Positions 1 to 13,900 of a DNA stretch of 64,000 nucleotides are shown one piece after another. The position numbers and the translations under genes were made by a program. The notes below the pieces were generated by a model. It was not told the origin of the DNA and did not search any database. It saw only the letters and a program-made list of their open reading frames with translations. Origin of the DNA: Nitrospirales bacterium. Lineage in GTDB: Bacteria > Nitrospirota > Nitrospiria > Nitrospirales > UBA8639. The first letter of the stretch is position 1; the number at the start of each line of letters is the position of its first letter. The stretch covers positions 256,001 to 320,000 of the forward strand of contig CBDBCZ010000013.1 of assembly GCA_965203295.1 (NCBI GenBank), read 5' to 3'.

Positions 1-736
1 CCACCCTTACTTCTTATATCCACAATCATCACATACTTTACAAAACATATCACCCTACACTACAACCAACCCAAACCTTCACAGGAGCACTACTCCCATC
101 AAAATGCACTTCGCTCCATCATTCACAAGCACAATTGAGCAGAGCAATTCCTCACAACACCACACTGCCACCTACACACACAACTAACACAACCCACATC
201 AACCACCATACAACGCACTCAACAAAGTTTCTACACTTTACCAAATACACCCACATTGACCTCCCCTACAAAGAACCTGCACACACAAGCATCTCACAAC
301 ACACTCACAAACTTCATAACACTAGTACTCCACCTGGCATAACCAAACACCCCCCAAGTCCCTATACAAACACCATATTATATGACTCCATCCTCAATGA
401 CTCACTAGTCCACATTCTACAGTTTCAGCTACCTTCCACAACCACCACATGCTCAGTCATTAGCATTGAGCAATACGCACACACCAAATTACACTACCAC
501 TCTTCACATCTCACATATACGTATACATGGTTGTGGTGGGTGTGGTTGGAAAGATGTAGGGATGGTAGCTACGTGGTAAATGCATTGCACTGTGATGTGT
601 GGGTAGTCTGTGCATGCATTGTGGTGTGCACTGTTGCTTGTTTCATTGGTTTTTGGGGAAGTGTTTTTTGGTGAAAGTGCATCCCTACATACCTTGTTTT
701 TGCACTTTTTGGCAAAGTGCTTTTTCTATATATATA

Positions 737-1365
737 CCGTAGATCGGGAAATTTTCGTCGTTAAAAATATTTCGTCGGTGAGCTCTAAGTCGAAAATTTA
801 ACACGCAAAATATTTTCAACGTCGAATAATAAGATTGTTGAATAATTTTCACACGTCCACGTGAAGAGAAGTAGCCAGAAGTGGTGCGGTATTTGAAACC
901 AGTCAGTTGTGTTCCTGATCCCAGAGGGTCACTGTCTCGCTTCTCAAGCGATCGTAGAAGCGAACAAACAAGTGAGGCAAGTATTGACTGAAGGCTCTAA
1001 GCGTGGTCCTTACACGAAGTACAGCGCCGCCGTTTGCGCAGCATAGGCGTCGGTTGCATTCCCACACTCCCGCTGACACGCTAAGTCCTCTCCAATGGCC
1101 GCTTCCCAAAGTTCTCGGTAGATATGGTACCCCCTAACACATGACTTCTTTCGAAAGCTCTCCATTTTGCTTTTCGCACATGTGTGTGATCCGTGTACGT
1201 ACGCATTTCGTTCCGCATACACTACTTGCAACTTGCGTATAAAAAATTCATACCATTTAAATTTCGTCGCGTTTAATTTTCGTCAGTTACTGGATCGACG
1301 AAAATTAATTACGCGAAAATTTAACTGATGAAAGTTTCTACCGCTGAAAATTTTCCGATCTACGG
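737..1365 (-). mobile_element. Non-autonomous pogo/Tc1-mariner-like element carrying a truncated HIRAN-like ORF
   Basis: TIRs CCGTAGATCGGGAAATTTTC (737) and GAAAATTTTCCGATCTACGG (ends 1365), flanked by TA on both sides (735-736, 1366-1367). Internal minus-strand peptide MESFRKKSCVRGYHIYRELWEAAIGEDLACQRECGNATDAYA (about 1165-1040). Confidence 0.8.
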
Positions 1366-1753
1366 TATAAAGTTTGTTCCACCCACCCCCGGGGGCAAGG
1401 CACGTGTTCAAAATGGTGTCTCTTGCAGTTTTTTGGGTGCCGTCTTCGAAGTCGTGGCAGACAAAGAGTCAGATGTCTGGACAAATTTATCATGTAGTTT
1501 TATCAAGGGAGACTTACTACAGCTCCCAGGTTTGTAGAAGGTGTGTAGCCTTACTGTAAGCTGAGATATGAGCGCTGGAGACCGACGACATGATCGCAAG
1601 ATACCAATGGTATTTCAAGCCAGCATGCTTTGCGGCTCTCCGCTCTTTCGTTAGCAGCTGTGGTTAGCCATTGAAAAAATGCTGCTGACGAAGTGATCTG
1701 GCCAGTTGCTTTGATATGCATAGCGTCTCCAGTAGTTGTTTGTTGTGACTAGT

Positions 1754-1814
1754 TAGTCTCGCGAGCCAGCCCCTCGCACGAACTTTTCATGTGAGGCGCT
1801 GGTTCGCGAGACTA
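1754..1814. mobile_element. Short TAGTCTCG...CGAGACTA hairpin MITE
   Basis: Inverted termini TAGTCTCGCGAGCCAGC / GCTGGTTCGCGAGACTA; target duplication is degenerate. Confidence 0.6.
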
Positions 1815-1932
1815 GCGACCACCCTCCCTGGCACCCTGGTGAAATACGAACAGCATCCCACCTATCTCCATCTGCTTTTGTTACAAACTATGAACCATTT
1901 ACGTATAATAAATATCATTGTGCTGTTCTCAG

Positions 1933-4900
1933 GGGAGACTTTGAGTTCTACTGTAGTGTGAAGTTGCAACAGGACTCTGATGAACAACCTGATAAAAGAG
2001 AGGCATTTTTATTCCTGAAATTAGCCTTCCAAAATCTACTGAGTGGACTACAGCTTGCCAAACCTCCTCGCGTCTACCCCAGAATGGTTTGGAGTAAGTA
2101 CATATTCATTTCCATGGTGAAATATTTGCCTTAATTATTGATTATTTTACATGTAGTTACTACATTTTTGTGGTTCTGCTTACTGAAGCAAGCACCTCGC
2201 TCCAGTCGGCCATGGCACGAGTACTTGCTGAAGGTCTGCTGTACATTTGTATTACCCCTTCATTGTGAACTTGTGCTTATTTATTTCTCTTTAGGAGGCT
2301 CATGTGTATGCAATGGATCCCAATAATGTTGAGGGGGTAATGGATGCCTTGGTCTTGGGGCAGGAACTAGAACTACCTCCAAACCTCACCTTTGATACCT
2401 GTTTAATGGGATTACTACTAGCACCAGACACTGGCAACAAACTTCGTTACTTCTCTCATCAAAGGTAGGCAAGAACCTGATGTTATTGAATGTTGATGTA
2501 ATTGCGTATAGCCTCATTCCAGTTTCTTCCCTCTTCAAAAAGTTTTATGCACTAGTATAGGTTCTCTGCCTTTGCTAAGGGCGAGAGTGACACATGTCTT
2601 TCTGTGCATGTGTACTTATGGAACGTCTTTCCTGAGACGTGCAAACTTTTGGCCTCCTCAATTTACTACTTGACTGGTGGTGTTGGCCCTGACATGATTA
2701 TTGAAGTGCAGTAACAGCATTTGCTGATAACTTGGAATATGGCAGTTGCTTTGAGAAGCTGTACAGTACGGTTTGTATGTGTTGCCTGCGAACAATGCAC
2801 CCTATGGTGTGTGCAGCTTTACCACTAGGGTGCATGGTGGATACATGCACTGTGGTAGTACCTTTCATTCGCCTATGCATTATGGTACAAATAGGTGTAT
2901 GACTGTATGGCGTAAATATGTGTACACGTCATGTTAATTTTATTCTTTAGGGATGCAATCTTTGCTCTTGAGCAGTATTTTACATCTGGTGAAGAATTCT
3001 TGCAGCACATTGTTTCAAGGTTGCGAAAACAGTGCGAGATTGTAGCCTCCAAACAGAAGAGCAAACACTTCTTAAAGTACCTCAGTACTAATGGGACCAG
3101 ACTTCAAGCAGTTAAAGATGTAAGCATCCTTTCAGCTATAGTATCAATTATATGTACATGTACTATATACGTTTGACTTTGTATATACTGCAGGGTCTCA
3201 GCCTACTCAATTCAATGCAGCACACTGCCACTATCAAGAAATGGGCGGTTTCACGATTTGATTCGGATATGCAGCAGTGGCTCATATTCTTACTTGGCCT
3301 GATTGATTATACAGAGAAGCCGCAAGAGTGCTTGGCAGAAATGTTGTCATTGACCCTTCCTGTTGTGAAGAAGTTTAAGGACTTTATTCGTGAAAAGGTA
3401 CAAGTAGTTTTAAGACCACACTGCCTGCATGGTTAATAAGCATGGTAGGTGAACAGAAACGCCGGTGTTTTTACCAGCCGGAGCGCGCGAACGGCTGGTA
3501 CTAAGATTGCTTTAAGTTTTCCGCGTTAGTCTCACGTGACCAGACTCTCGACCGGAAGGTTAGAGTCTGGCAAAATGCCAATATTGGTTTTGTAGACTTT
3601 GCATCGTACAGTGCAATCCAATGAAATTGCAGAACGTGCCTGACGTCACGTAAAATTAACTAGCGCCACTTTAGTAAGGCTTCAGGCAAGGCAGTGGCAG
3701 GCCATGTAAAAACCGCAACTACAGGAGAGTGTGGTTCGCACCCACTTAACTATATACGCTGTTACATAACCATAGCATTCCAGATGCTACAATAGCTGTA
3801 TAAGTATTTTGCCAGAATCTAACCTTCCGGTCGAGAGTCTGGTCACGCGAGACTATTTCCGCGTTTGTCTGTTTGTCTGTTTGTGCGTCCGCACTTATCA
3901 CGTGCGCAATATCTACGTCATACGTTACTATGCAGCTGCAGTGTATAGCAGCTTTTGGAGGTTTGCAGGCCAAGCTACAGCAAATGAAGGTAGTTTTGTA
4001 TTGCCTAGATGGCAAAAACGTGGTAGGTAGCTGTAAAGATCCTGGCTTCTTGGCATATAGCTACTAACTGGAGGTGCATGACGAAACTGCTGAGTCAGCA
4101 CTTTCGCTGTACCACTCTAGGAATATAGTATCTCTGGCTCTACAGCTGTAGTTTAATAGCTTGGCCTAAACTGAGTCGTTTGTATTGTACGGGAAAGGCG
4201 TCCGGCTGGTTTTTTAGACATGAAATGTCAGACTTGTTCATCACAACCTAGGCATGGTTTAATCAGGTTGGTATACTTACCAGATCTGATCATTGTCTGC
4301 AATGGTTGCCATGGTGAATAGAGAGACAAAATAAGGTGATTGAGGTGATTGTGCTGAACATTGTATTCTCACATCAGCCTATATACACACTGCGCAGTGC
4401 TACAAATATCAGGAATGTAGTAATATAGAAGACTTGTCCAAGCCTTTAATGAGTGGTCGTTTCTCAATAAAGCCATTCTTACAATCCAAGTAGATGTTTT
4501 GCAATCAATCTAGTCTGAACAAAATCTGCTCCTTTCATTTGAGAAGGAATTTACACCACCTTATGCATGCTAATAGGGTTCAGGTAAAGGAGTGGAAGCC
4601 TACATATAATACTTATGGTTGCAAAAGCTACAATAATTACCAAAATGACTAGTGTGTTAAAGCTGTCATGGTATCATTCTTCCAGATTGTTGAACTGACA
4701 AGAAAGAGTTTAAGTGGATTATCTGTGAAGCAGTTTTTTCCACTGTACAAAGTTGTATTGCATATTTGGCCTTGTGAGGTAAACATAATTTATAGGTATT
4801 AAATGCTACTAATGGGGCAAATGTTATGATGAGCTTAATCTTGTGACGCTGTGTTTCCTACCAACAGCTTCTGGAAGAATACCTGAATGAGCATGTAAAT

Positions 4901-7900
4901 CTGTCTGCTGTAAAATTTTCTGATCCAGTGTGGAAAGAGTTGCTTCAGGATGCAGTACAAAGGTAATGCTATTTTTCAGGGTGTCCACTGGCTTTAGAAT
5001 GTAGCTATATACCTTTTTTAACAGACAAATAGCATAGGTATAAGTATAATTGGGCGTAGTTGTGGTTTAGTGTGCCCGTTCACTTGTTACTGGACAGACT
5101 CTCACGACGATATTATGTTCTTGCTGGTCTATTATGCCATTTTTTTCTTGATCAGCTCTTAATGGAAAGCCTTGGCTCTGTTGTGAATACGTATATAATG
5201 AGAGAGTACAAGCCTATCATTGAAAGTGTCTCTGAGTCTGGATAAAGTATATTTTGATTCCATAGCTAATATCATTAAAGCAAAAGTGATTTTTTGCAGC
5301 ATCACATAAAGTAGTCTTGTTATTTGTTTCTTATAGGCTTCCAGGTGCTGCCAATCAAGAGATGTTTCATAGTTTTTTCATCAGAGTGGCTGATAAGAAC
5401 TCCAGCCGTGCTCCTGATTTCATCATTGAGTTCCTGCAAGTCGGAGTGAATGGGCTGTTTTCTGTCCTTGTTAGCCAAGATACAGAAGTAGTTCAAAAAT
5501 TTGAACTTGGTCTTCGAGAATTTATTGAAAAGAATTTGACAAGGGATAGACTTCTCTATCTAACTAAACGAATGATGGTAAGTTAGATGCATTACTCATC
5601 ATGGTTAGCTCAACCAACTCGGAGTACCCACTAATTTAACTCTTTTTCTGTTCTCAGTTTTTAAGAAATATTTTTTGAAAGTGAATTTTCCCCTCATTTT
5701 GTATATAGTTATAAATTATTTTAACTTAACAATTTGTATTTGACTTCAATTATTGCCTTACAGAAATGGGTTGAAGACAAGGAAAACAGTTTTCAGGATG
5801 TTGTTCTAACAGCAATATACAAGGTATGCCAAAAATTCTCATTTCCACAGTACAGCATCATCAAAGATGCATTCTCAATACAGGAAATAAAGCCAGGTGC
5901 CCGGGACCTTCTAGAAGTACCCATATACGCCTCTGCTATTGAAGTAACTGTTAATGTACTAAAGAAGGATCCAACATGGCCCTTGCAGAAGCAACTGTCT
6001 GTTAAACAAAAGTTTTGTCTCAGATTCATTAACACTTGTTGTATACGGATCCCAGTCAGTAATACCTCACTTGAGTGGATGACGCAATACTCAGCCCTCA
6101 TTCTTGAAATTGGTAGTGTTTTCTGCTCTTTTTCTTCGATGAGGAAAGCAGATGGAATGGAAACTCTCCTATCACAATCCATTCCATCAAAAGTGTCCAA
6201 AAATGATCTCGTGGTACAGTACTTTAGCTGGATTCAAAGGCTTCATAAAATGCTTTCAAACTGGAAAAGTAGACTTGAAACTGAGACTGCAAACTATGAT
6301 GAAATTTCCTGGTATTCCCATAACCAGCGCCAAATTCACGAACTTGCTCAAGCCGTTTCTGCAGATGGTGTTGTGGTAACTGCTCACAAACTTTCAGAGC
6401 TTCGCAGCACTTTCCTGCAGAATTTCGAAGAGCTGAATATACTACTATTGAGATACATTTCCACTGACCCTAAAGGAGGCTGGTAGGTTGTAGATAATAT
6501 TATAATACATTGTGCATTGGTTGTAGAAAATAATATAATGGGGTATAGACATAGTGTATTTGAGCATGCCATTGAGAGATATCACCCTGCAAATAGTGAT
6601 CGTAAAACAGACAGAATAGTGTTCTTTTTCGACCTGGGACTACCACAACTCTCTTTTTTGTCACTTAGGTGCTCTTTGGTGTACGTACTGTCTCAGTTTG
6701 GATTGGAACTTCCTCTGGAAATCAAATCAATGCTTGAAAACTATGTTGTCTTTCCAGACGAGTATGAAAAGAAATCCGCTAGCCTGAAGCTCATAAAGAA
6801 TCCTCCCACCCCCTGTACTGATGGAAAGTTCAGTCCACACAACCAACGTGTTCAGCTCCGGCTCACACAGAGTATGGGTCTTTCTACCCTCTGGGCTCTT
6901 GTTGAACTTCTGAGTACTTTTCTAGAGCCACTCAAACCATACTTGGACCTCATCGTGTACTTCAAGTTGTACCCCAGCAAATTATTTGACACATATATCC
7001 GTCATGAACTATCTGGTACAAAGACTGTTTCTCTCCCTCTACTAACTGAGGCCCTAAAGCAAACAGAAATTTTACTGCAAAGAGTTCTGAATGGAACAGC
7101 GATGTACGGTGAAATAACAGCTGCAGGCTGTCTTGCATTGGAATCACTTGATATAGATGGAGAGTTTAGCACTGTGTTGCAATGCTCAAGATTTACCTCA
7201 CGTGAGACCTCAGGACTTACTGGAATGAAGAATCTTTTGAAACTCCTTCAATTTGTATCTCATATTCAAACTATTAACAAAATTTGTCAGCAATATCATC
7301 TTGAAGAATGCAAGAATGACCCTCAGCTTGAAGTACTCAATGGAATTTCCGAAAGGCTGAGTAATAAAGCAGAGCGAGACAAGTTATCTCCAGAAATAGC
7401 TAATCCAATCTGGCAGACAGTCTGTGCAGCCCTTTGCCTTAAAGAAGATGCAAACCCAAAGAGCTTAGAATTGCTTTCAAAAGTTGCAGACAGTACAGAT
7501 TTCTTTAAGTTTCTTGAAGAGAAAAAATTTACAGGTGGAAATGCCAGTGTTCGATTCCGTCAGCAGTTTGAACTCATTACTGCACAATTACAGCATGAGG
7601 AGTATTGTGATGTGGTGCTGAATCATTTGTTAGCAGCTTTTGGATTTATTTCACCATTCCTGGACCGCAGCCACAACTTAAAGTCTTTAATGTCATCCAT
7701 TGCTGCTCTTGAGTTACCTGAAGGACTACCCCAACTTGAGACTGTGAAATGCAACATGCATCAGATTCGATATTGGTTTTCTCGAGCAGAGGACACATTG
7801 GAGAATGTCTCCAGTGAACTTGACGACATTTTGTGTGGTGGAAATTATCAAGTGGTTAGTTCCTCAGTTTCTGGAAGGAGCCGTCTGCAGCTTATGTTGG

Positions 7901-10900
7901 AGTATGAATCATTTAGATCGATTTCAGCAAGACGACCACGAAGCTCTTCGGTTAACTTTGGCGCATCTGCTCCAAAAGAGATTCAGCGTACAAGGTCACA
8001 GCTCGGGCCAGTCAAAGAAAAACTTTCAAGTGCACAAATAGATGACTTCGTTCGGCAGCTTGGTTTTTTGGATGCTCACAAAGATGAACAGAGAGTGCAG
8101 AACTTTCTTCATCTCCATGAGGTACTTTTTACATTTTTATTTAGTCACTTGTACTAATAACCCTATTCTATGCAGGTTGCCACTCGGCTATTGGAATTGT
8201 TTGTGAAACTTAAAGAACTAGGTCATCCAAGTTTTTCACAGCCACAATTTACATACACACTGGAGTGTTCCACTTCTTTATGGGATGCTGATGAAAAGGT
8301 CTGTAAATTAATGCTGGAATTTCAGTTATATTGATGATATGCTGATCTTTGTCATTGTTATACTGATTGACAGGTTTCCAAAGCTGAGAGTACCTTGATG
8401 GAATGGATCAACACAATGGAAGAGCTGCACAGCAGTTATAAATGGCTCCTGTTTTTCAGAGTTCCCAAGCTCATGATTCTCTGTGACCTCTTAAGAGCAG
8501 ATAAGCCTTGTGTATCTGAAATAGTTCAAGAAATCGGCTTCCTCTTCCAGAGAGATGCAGCGTCCAGAGCACTTCTTCAAAATGTAGTCAGGGTAAGCCA
8601 GTTTATGATACAGTTGATGACTGATTATGTGAATATTGTCAGTGGCACTCTTCTACATTCAGTTTTATATTCATGTTCATGTTCAACCTCACATGGCTTG
8701 GGTATGAGGTATAGTCCAACTGGCCTTGTGTCAATCTGGCCAGCAAGACAAGCTACGAGGGCCAGCAAGCCATGCCAGATACATGTGTATGCTTCTTTGA
8801 CTTGCATTTAGACTATCTAGTGTCATTCCCTGACCATCTAGCACCTATACGTCAAACATTATGTAGCATCATGCTACAGCTTCTACTGGCACCTAATACC
8901 TGAGCCTTTTCATGTAAAGCCCTATATACATGACTGTAATTTGTGTTATTGCTACTGCCAAATGAATGGTTTTGGCAAAGTGTGCACATTTTGCTAACAA
9001 TTTTTACTATACAATGTCATACATTAGCAGTTGAGGATTATTTTCGATATGTGATGCAAAATATAGTGTAACTCAACGTACTTAACATTTTATCGTAGAA
9101 AACAGAAGGAATAACTCAACTGATGTTGGCCTGTCTTCACGGTGGACTGCAACATGTACAAGTGTTACTCAAGGCTGGAACTGATGTGAATCAACACAGC
9201 AAGGTATGCAACTCTACCTTGTCTGAAGTCTATTTGTATTGTCAACATTATGGTATCCTGAGAGTGTTCATTGATATGTGATCATTTTATGCCACTGTAT
9301 CAGTCATCTAAGACATTGAGTGGCTGTTGCAGTAGTACCTCTATCTGCCGTATAGATTCACACCAACCCTGCATTAAGCACTTCTTGTCTTTGTATGTAC
9401 AGGAGCGCCACTTTACCGCCCTCATGGTTGCCGCACAGTCTGGACATACTAAAATCGTGCAGAAGCTTCTAGATCATGGGGCTAACACCAGTGCAAGAAA
9501 TAAGGTGAAAATACTAAAAAAAAAACATGGCTAGCTGTGAACATTTAACCAACTCTGCTCATGCTTTATTTTTGTAATACAGTGGTGGTGTTATGCATAG
9601 ATGTATAGCAGTGGTCACAGCTCTGCCTAAAAGCACAAAATTGAATGTACACTGTAATAGCTATAGCATTTCCCAGGGTTTCATACAGGGGGGCACCCTG
9701 GGACTCCCCCCCCCCCCCCCCCCCCCCCCCAGCAAAAGTCCCCCCGACCCCCCCCTTCCCCAGGATTTTGAACTGTTAACATATTGAACTTATGGTTCAA
9801 CACAGGCTTGGGGTAGTTACATATATACACTGCACATGTAAACTGCCAAAAATTAATCTCAGGGCAGTTTGTTTTGTACAAATTTTCTGGGGGGCAATAT
9901 CAGGGGTTCATTTAGTGAAAGGGAGGCATTCACCCCCCATTGCCAAAACCTCCTCCCCCTCTCTTGAATTTGGTTGCCAATGTTTCATACGCATGTATTT
10001 TATTAACAGTGTCAGCAAATTTACCACAATAAGTTTACTTGAAAGTGCTTCAGAAGTGATCTCAATTTTAAAACTTTTTCTGGGGGAGCATGCCCTAGCA
10101 TGACATGTGCAGTGATAACGAACCCCGGCTGGAATGCCCCCACACCCCCCTACAAGGACATTTGCTTTTCTAAAAAAGTTTCCCACCCCCAGCAAAAAAT
10201 CAACCCTGCACTTAGTTCTATATCATCATGGAATACAATTAGACAGCTTTGTTTTTGTTGTTTACAGGATGGGTACACTGCACTGGATTTTGCAACTGCA
10301 GAGGACCATGTGGAAGTTCAAGAGCTGCTAAAAGACCAAAGTACAAATCTACCTCAAGAACATTCAGAGGTGAGTATTTAGCAATTACATCTTTTGATCT
10401 AATACATTCATGCTCACAATTCTTATTGTAGAGTGCCACAGAAACCTACCAATTAAAGGAAACACTATCACAAGAAAGTGCTCAGAAGTCTGCAATGGAT
10501 GTAGTGGGCTCATTTCTGGATAGCATCTTCAATAAAGATGGTGTAGCGGATTGCTCACTGCCAATGCGAAGCGAAACGATCTCTGGTTCACGATATCAGA
10601 TGCTAACCAGCTCGTCACCGATATCAAGCACTTTCCACAGTGCCCCTGGTTTCACCCAAGGACAACTTATCAGACTTATCTTGGAAGTGTACGGAGGTTC
10701 ACCTAATGCCTTTCAAGTTCTTCGCTGTACGCCGGTGACTGTAGAGCAAGATCTGAGGCTGTTTATGAAAAGGGCTACTCAACACCCAATGTGTCAGTAC
10801 CTCGTACTTGGAGTTAACACTCTACCATTTCAGCTTCAAGAAGTATGTCATACTACTTCAATCTCATCAATTAACTTTATGGTCCTGTTGAATTCTTCAT

Positions 10901-13900
10901 TCTTTAGGTTTTGCTGCGGCTCTACTTGGATCTGAGACACAAACCCATTGAGGGTGTACAAACCTGTTTACACTTCATTGAAACTGCTCCTTCTATTCTG
11001 AGAGAAGTGCCATGGCTCTCAGTTGTGGAGCATAAGGTTAGTCTGGGGCCATATTGATCATACCAGGGAGTGGTTTAAAATTAGAACATCATTCCTTAGA
11101 AAGGCACTAATAATAATTTTAGTGGTCTTTCAGCAGACTCACATAATGCTTGTATTTGTCTGGGTAAGATAGTAAAGGCAGCATAAAAATGTCCACCTTA
11201 GGATTAGTGTTGGTTTTGTGCCTAGTAAAATGTCCTGGTTCACTCTTTTCCACCATTTTTATCTCAAATAAGGGAGAAGCAGAATCTTATAATTGTCCTC
11301 AGTGATTGACTTATCTCTTTATTTAAGGCGTCATCAAGTGACATTGTCCATCCAAAAGCAACAGTGAAAGCAAACACTGAGTTCAAATGTATACACCTTG
11401 TGTATGGCCTTCCAGGTAAACTATAGGCTATGTATGTCCATTTTGGTCAGTCAGTAAGATTTAATCAAGATTATATAAATTAAATTTTTCCAGCCACAAG
11501 AGTGTAAGAGCATATAGGCCCGTGATGCAGGCAGAATACTCTAGTGCTGCTAGTATTGTGAATAGTATTTAAGCCCAGTCTGGTTAGTTGTAGCTTATCA
11601 TAACTATAGCTCAGCAGTAGGTTTTGCTTTACAAAATGGTCTGACTGTATTTACTACAGTTCAATTGCTCTGCCCTTTTCATCAGTTGTACACTCTTACT
11701 CTCTTAGGCTTTGAAAAATTTTATTTATACACTCTTGATTTAAGACAGCAACTAATCTAGACAGACATCTTGCAGCTATTGCATGTGCTAGCTTTACTCA
11801 GTAGTAATAATCACGGTCATTATTTGCTACAGATGACACCTAGATATAATAATTATGTTTATTTTAGCAAGAAGTTTCTATATCCTCTGTATAGGGAATG
11901 GAAAAACGCACTACACTTCTGAGAAATTAAAGTCTATTTCCACAAGCAGCCAAATTACAATTGCAGTCAATGAAGCATTCAGTTGCATCAGTGCTATCGA
12001 AAAGCTATGCACTCTTCCACTGAATGCAACAGGATGTGCCATATTCTTCAACTTTACTATGCTTCCGCCAGTGGTAAGAGATTCTGCATATATAATCATA
12101 CTCTCTTCTTAGTTTGATACTCTCATGGCAGTGATGTCGATCGTTCTTCGTCACAAGCGTTAAGTGATAACTATCCTGTGTTCCTGCAGGACTCTGCACA
12201 TAAAAAGGAGAAAGCACATTACTGCAGTTTGATGCAAGACATTGGCTGGTTTTTCTTTGATCTGTTAATTTTGGGGTACATAGAGGATCCTGCCACTGGA
12301 AAGTCTTTCCAGGTTCCTGGTGATTTATCTTGGGAAATGTATGTTGAGGTAAGACAGGACAGTTGGTACTATTCCTTTGAGTAGAATGTGTGGCAGTGCT
12401 ATAATTATGTAGAAATGGGATAATAAAACGTCAAGTATTCAATGACATCACAGCACTTTTTTAACACTAAACCTCCAGTAAAGGCGTGCTTCATACACAA
12501 TGTGTAGCTATTTGCACACCACATTTGAACTACACCCTATGCAGTAGTTCACAGAGACAGGTCTTTGATTTGTTTGAAATATGAATTGAATGATAATTAC
12601 TTTCTACATGGGACAGCCACATATTCGGTTTTGTATTCTATAATAGTTTTATGTGTGATTGACATATTTTATATCCTCAGGTTCCTTCCAGAGCTGACAT
12701 GTCAGCAGAAGATGCTCTTGAGTACTTCAAAAATGAAATACCCACATTGGGACTCCTTGGTAGTCCAGTTCTGATTGACACCAACAGAGATTACAGCATT
12801 GATGATGATGTCCAGCTTGTTTGCAAGTATTTGAAAGCGTATGATTCAAAGAAGATTGATAGACTTTACAAAGAACGTACGTAAGCAGTCTCATTTTCAT
12901 TTAGCGCTTTTAAAATTATTATAACTGCAAAACTTTCTGCTTGCACAAAATTTTACAGGTGGACCTCTTGTAAAGTTTAGTGAACAACAACAGCTTCCAA
13001 CTGAAGAATGCAAATCACTTCTACAAAAATACATGCCCACTCACATCAAGAAAGAGAAAATCACTCAAAAGCTCTTCGTCAAGTAAGTTACGTAGGCTCC
13101 ACAAAATTGCTTCTTCATAACTCAGTGGTAAGGTGTATGTATCATCTGGAAACGTGTATGTATGTATAGGTACATGAAAAGGCGATGTGTGTTTCTCGAC
13201 AACTTGCCTGCATTCAATTACAACACTGGACGTGGTGAGTACGTTAAAGGAAAAAAGAAACATAGCACAACTGATACCAGACATTTGGGCTCTACCTTGA
13301 TGGAGACAATGTTGAAAGAAGTATCTGACTTCTGTGATCCTGCCATCAAGGAAGGCTGGTCACAAAGACCTCACCAACAAGTAAGTGTAGCCTTGTTTGT
13401 GTTTGGGCACTTCTCAATATTTAAATACAGCTTTATGGTTCTTGGCTGATATGTAACAGCAATGAGGTATTCACATGTACTAACATTTTTTATGCATATG
13501 TTGCTGCATCATCCTATACAGCTGATTTACGATTTCAAGGATGGTGGTGGCAGTCTTGATTTGATATCATTGTTACCTGATGAGCTATCACAACAAGAAA
13601 AAATGAAATTTAGCAAAATTGGAGTGCAAATTCCTTCAATGAGGCAAGCAGTCACAATTGGCCATTGTATACAGTATGCTCATAATAGACACATTTTTCT
13701 TTCCATTTGTGCAGGGATCTGTATTCCAGAGCACGGTTGGATACATACTTATCTAGAGCCCTCAATGTTCCTCTCCAGTACGGTCGACTTTCTCCAATTG
13801 ATGAAAGACAGTACGTGCTTACCCTTGATTACACACTGAAGATGCTGAACATCCACGAGAGATATGAATGTGGAATACCGGTAATTATTGAGGGAGAGAC

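Noticed and set aside
2711..2714. Apparent in-frame stop suggesting the RNF213-like gene is a pseudogene
   Set aside because: A phase-2 donor CA|GTAACA at 2711 removes it and joins the exon at 2951 in frame.
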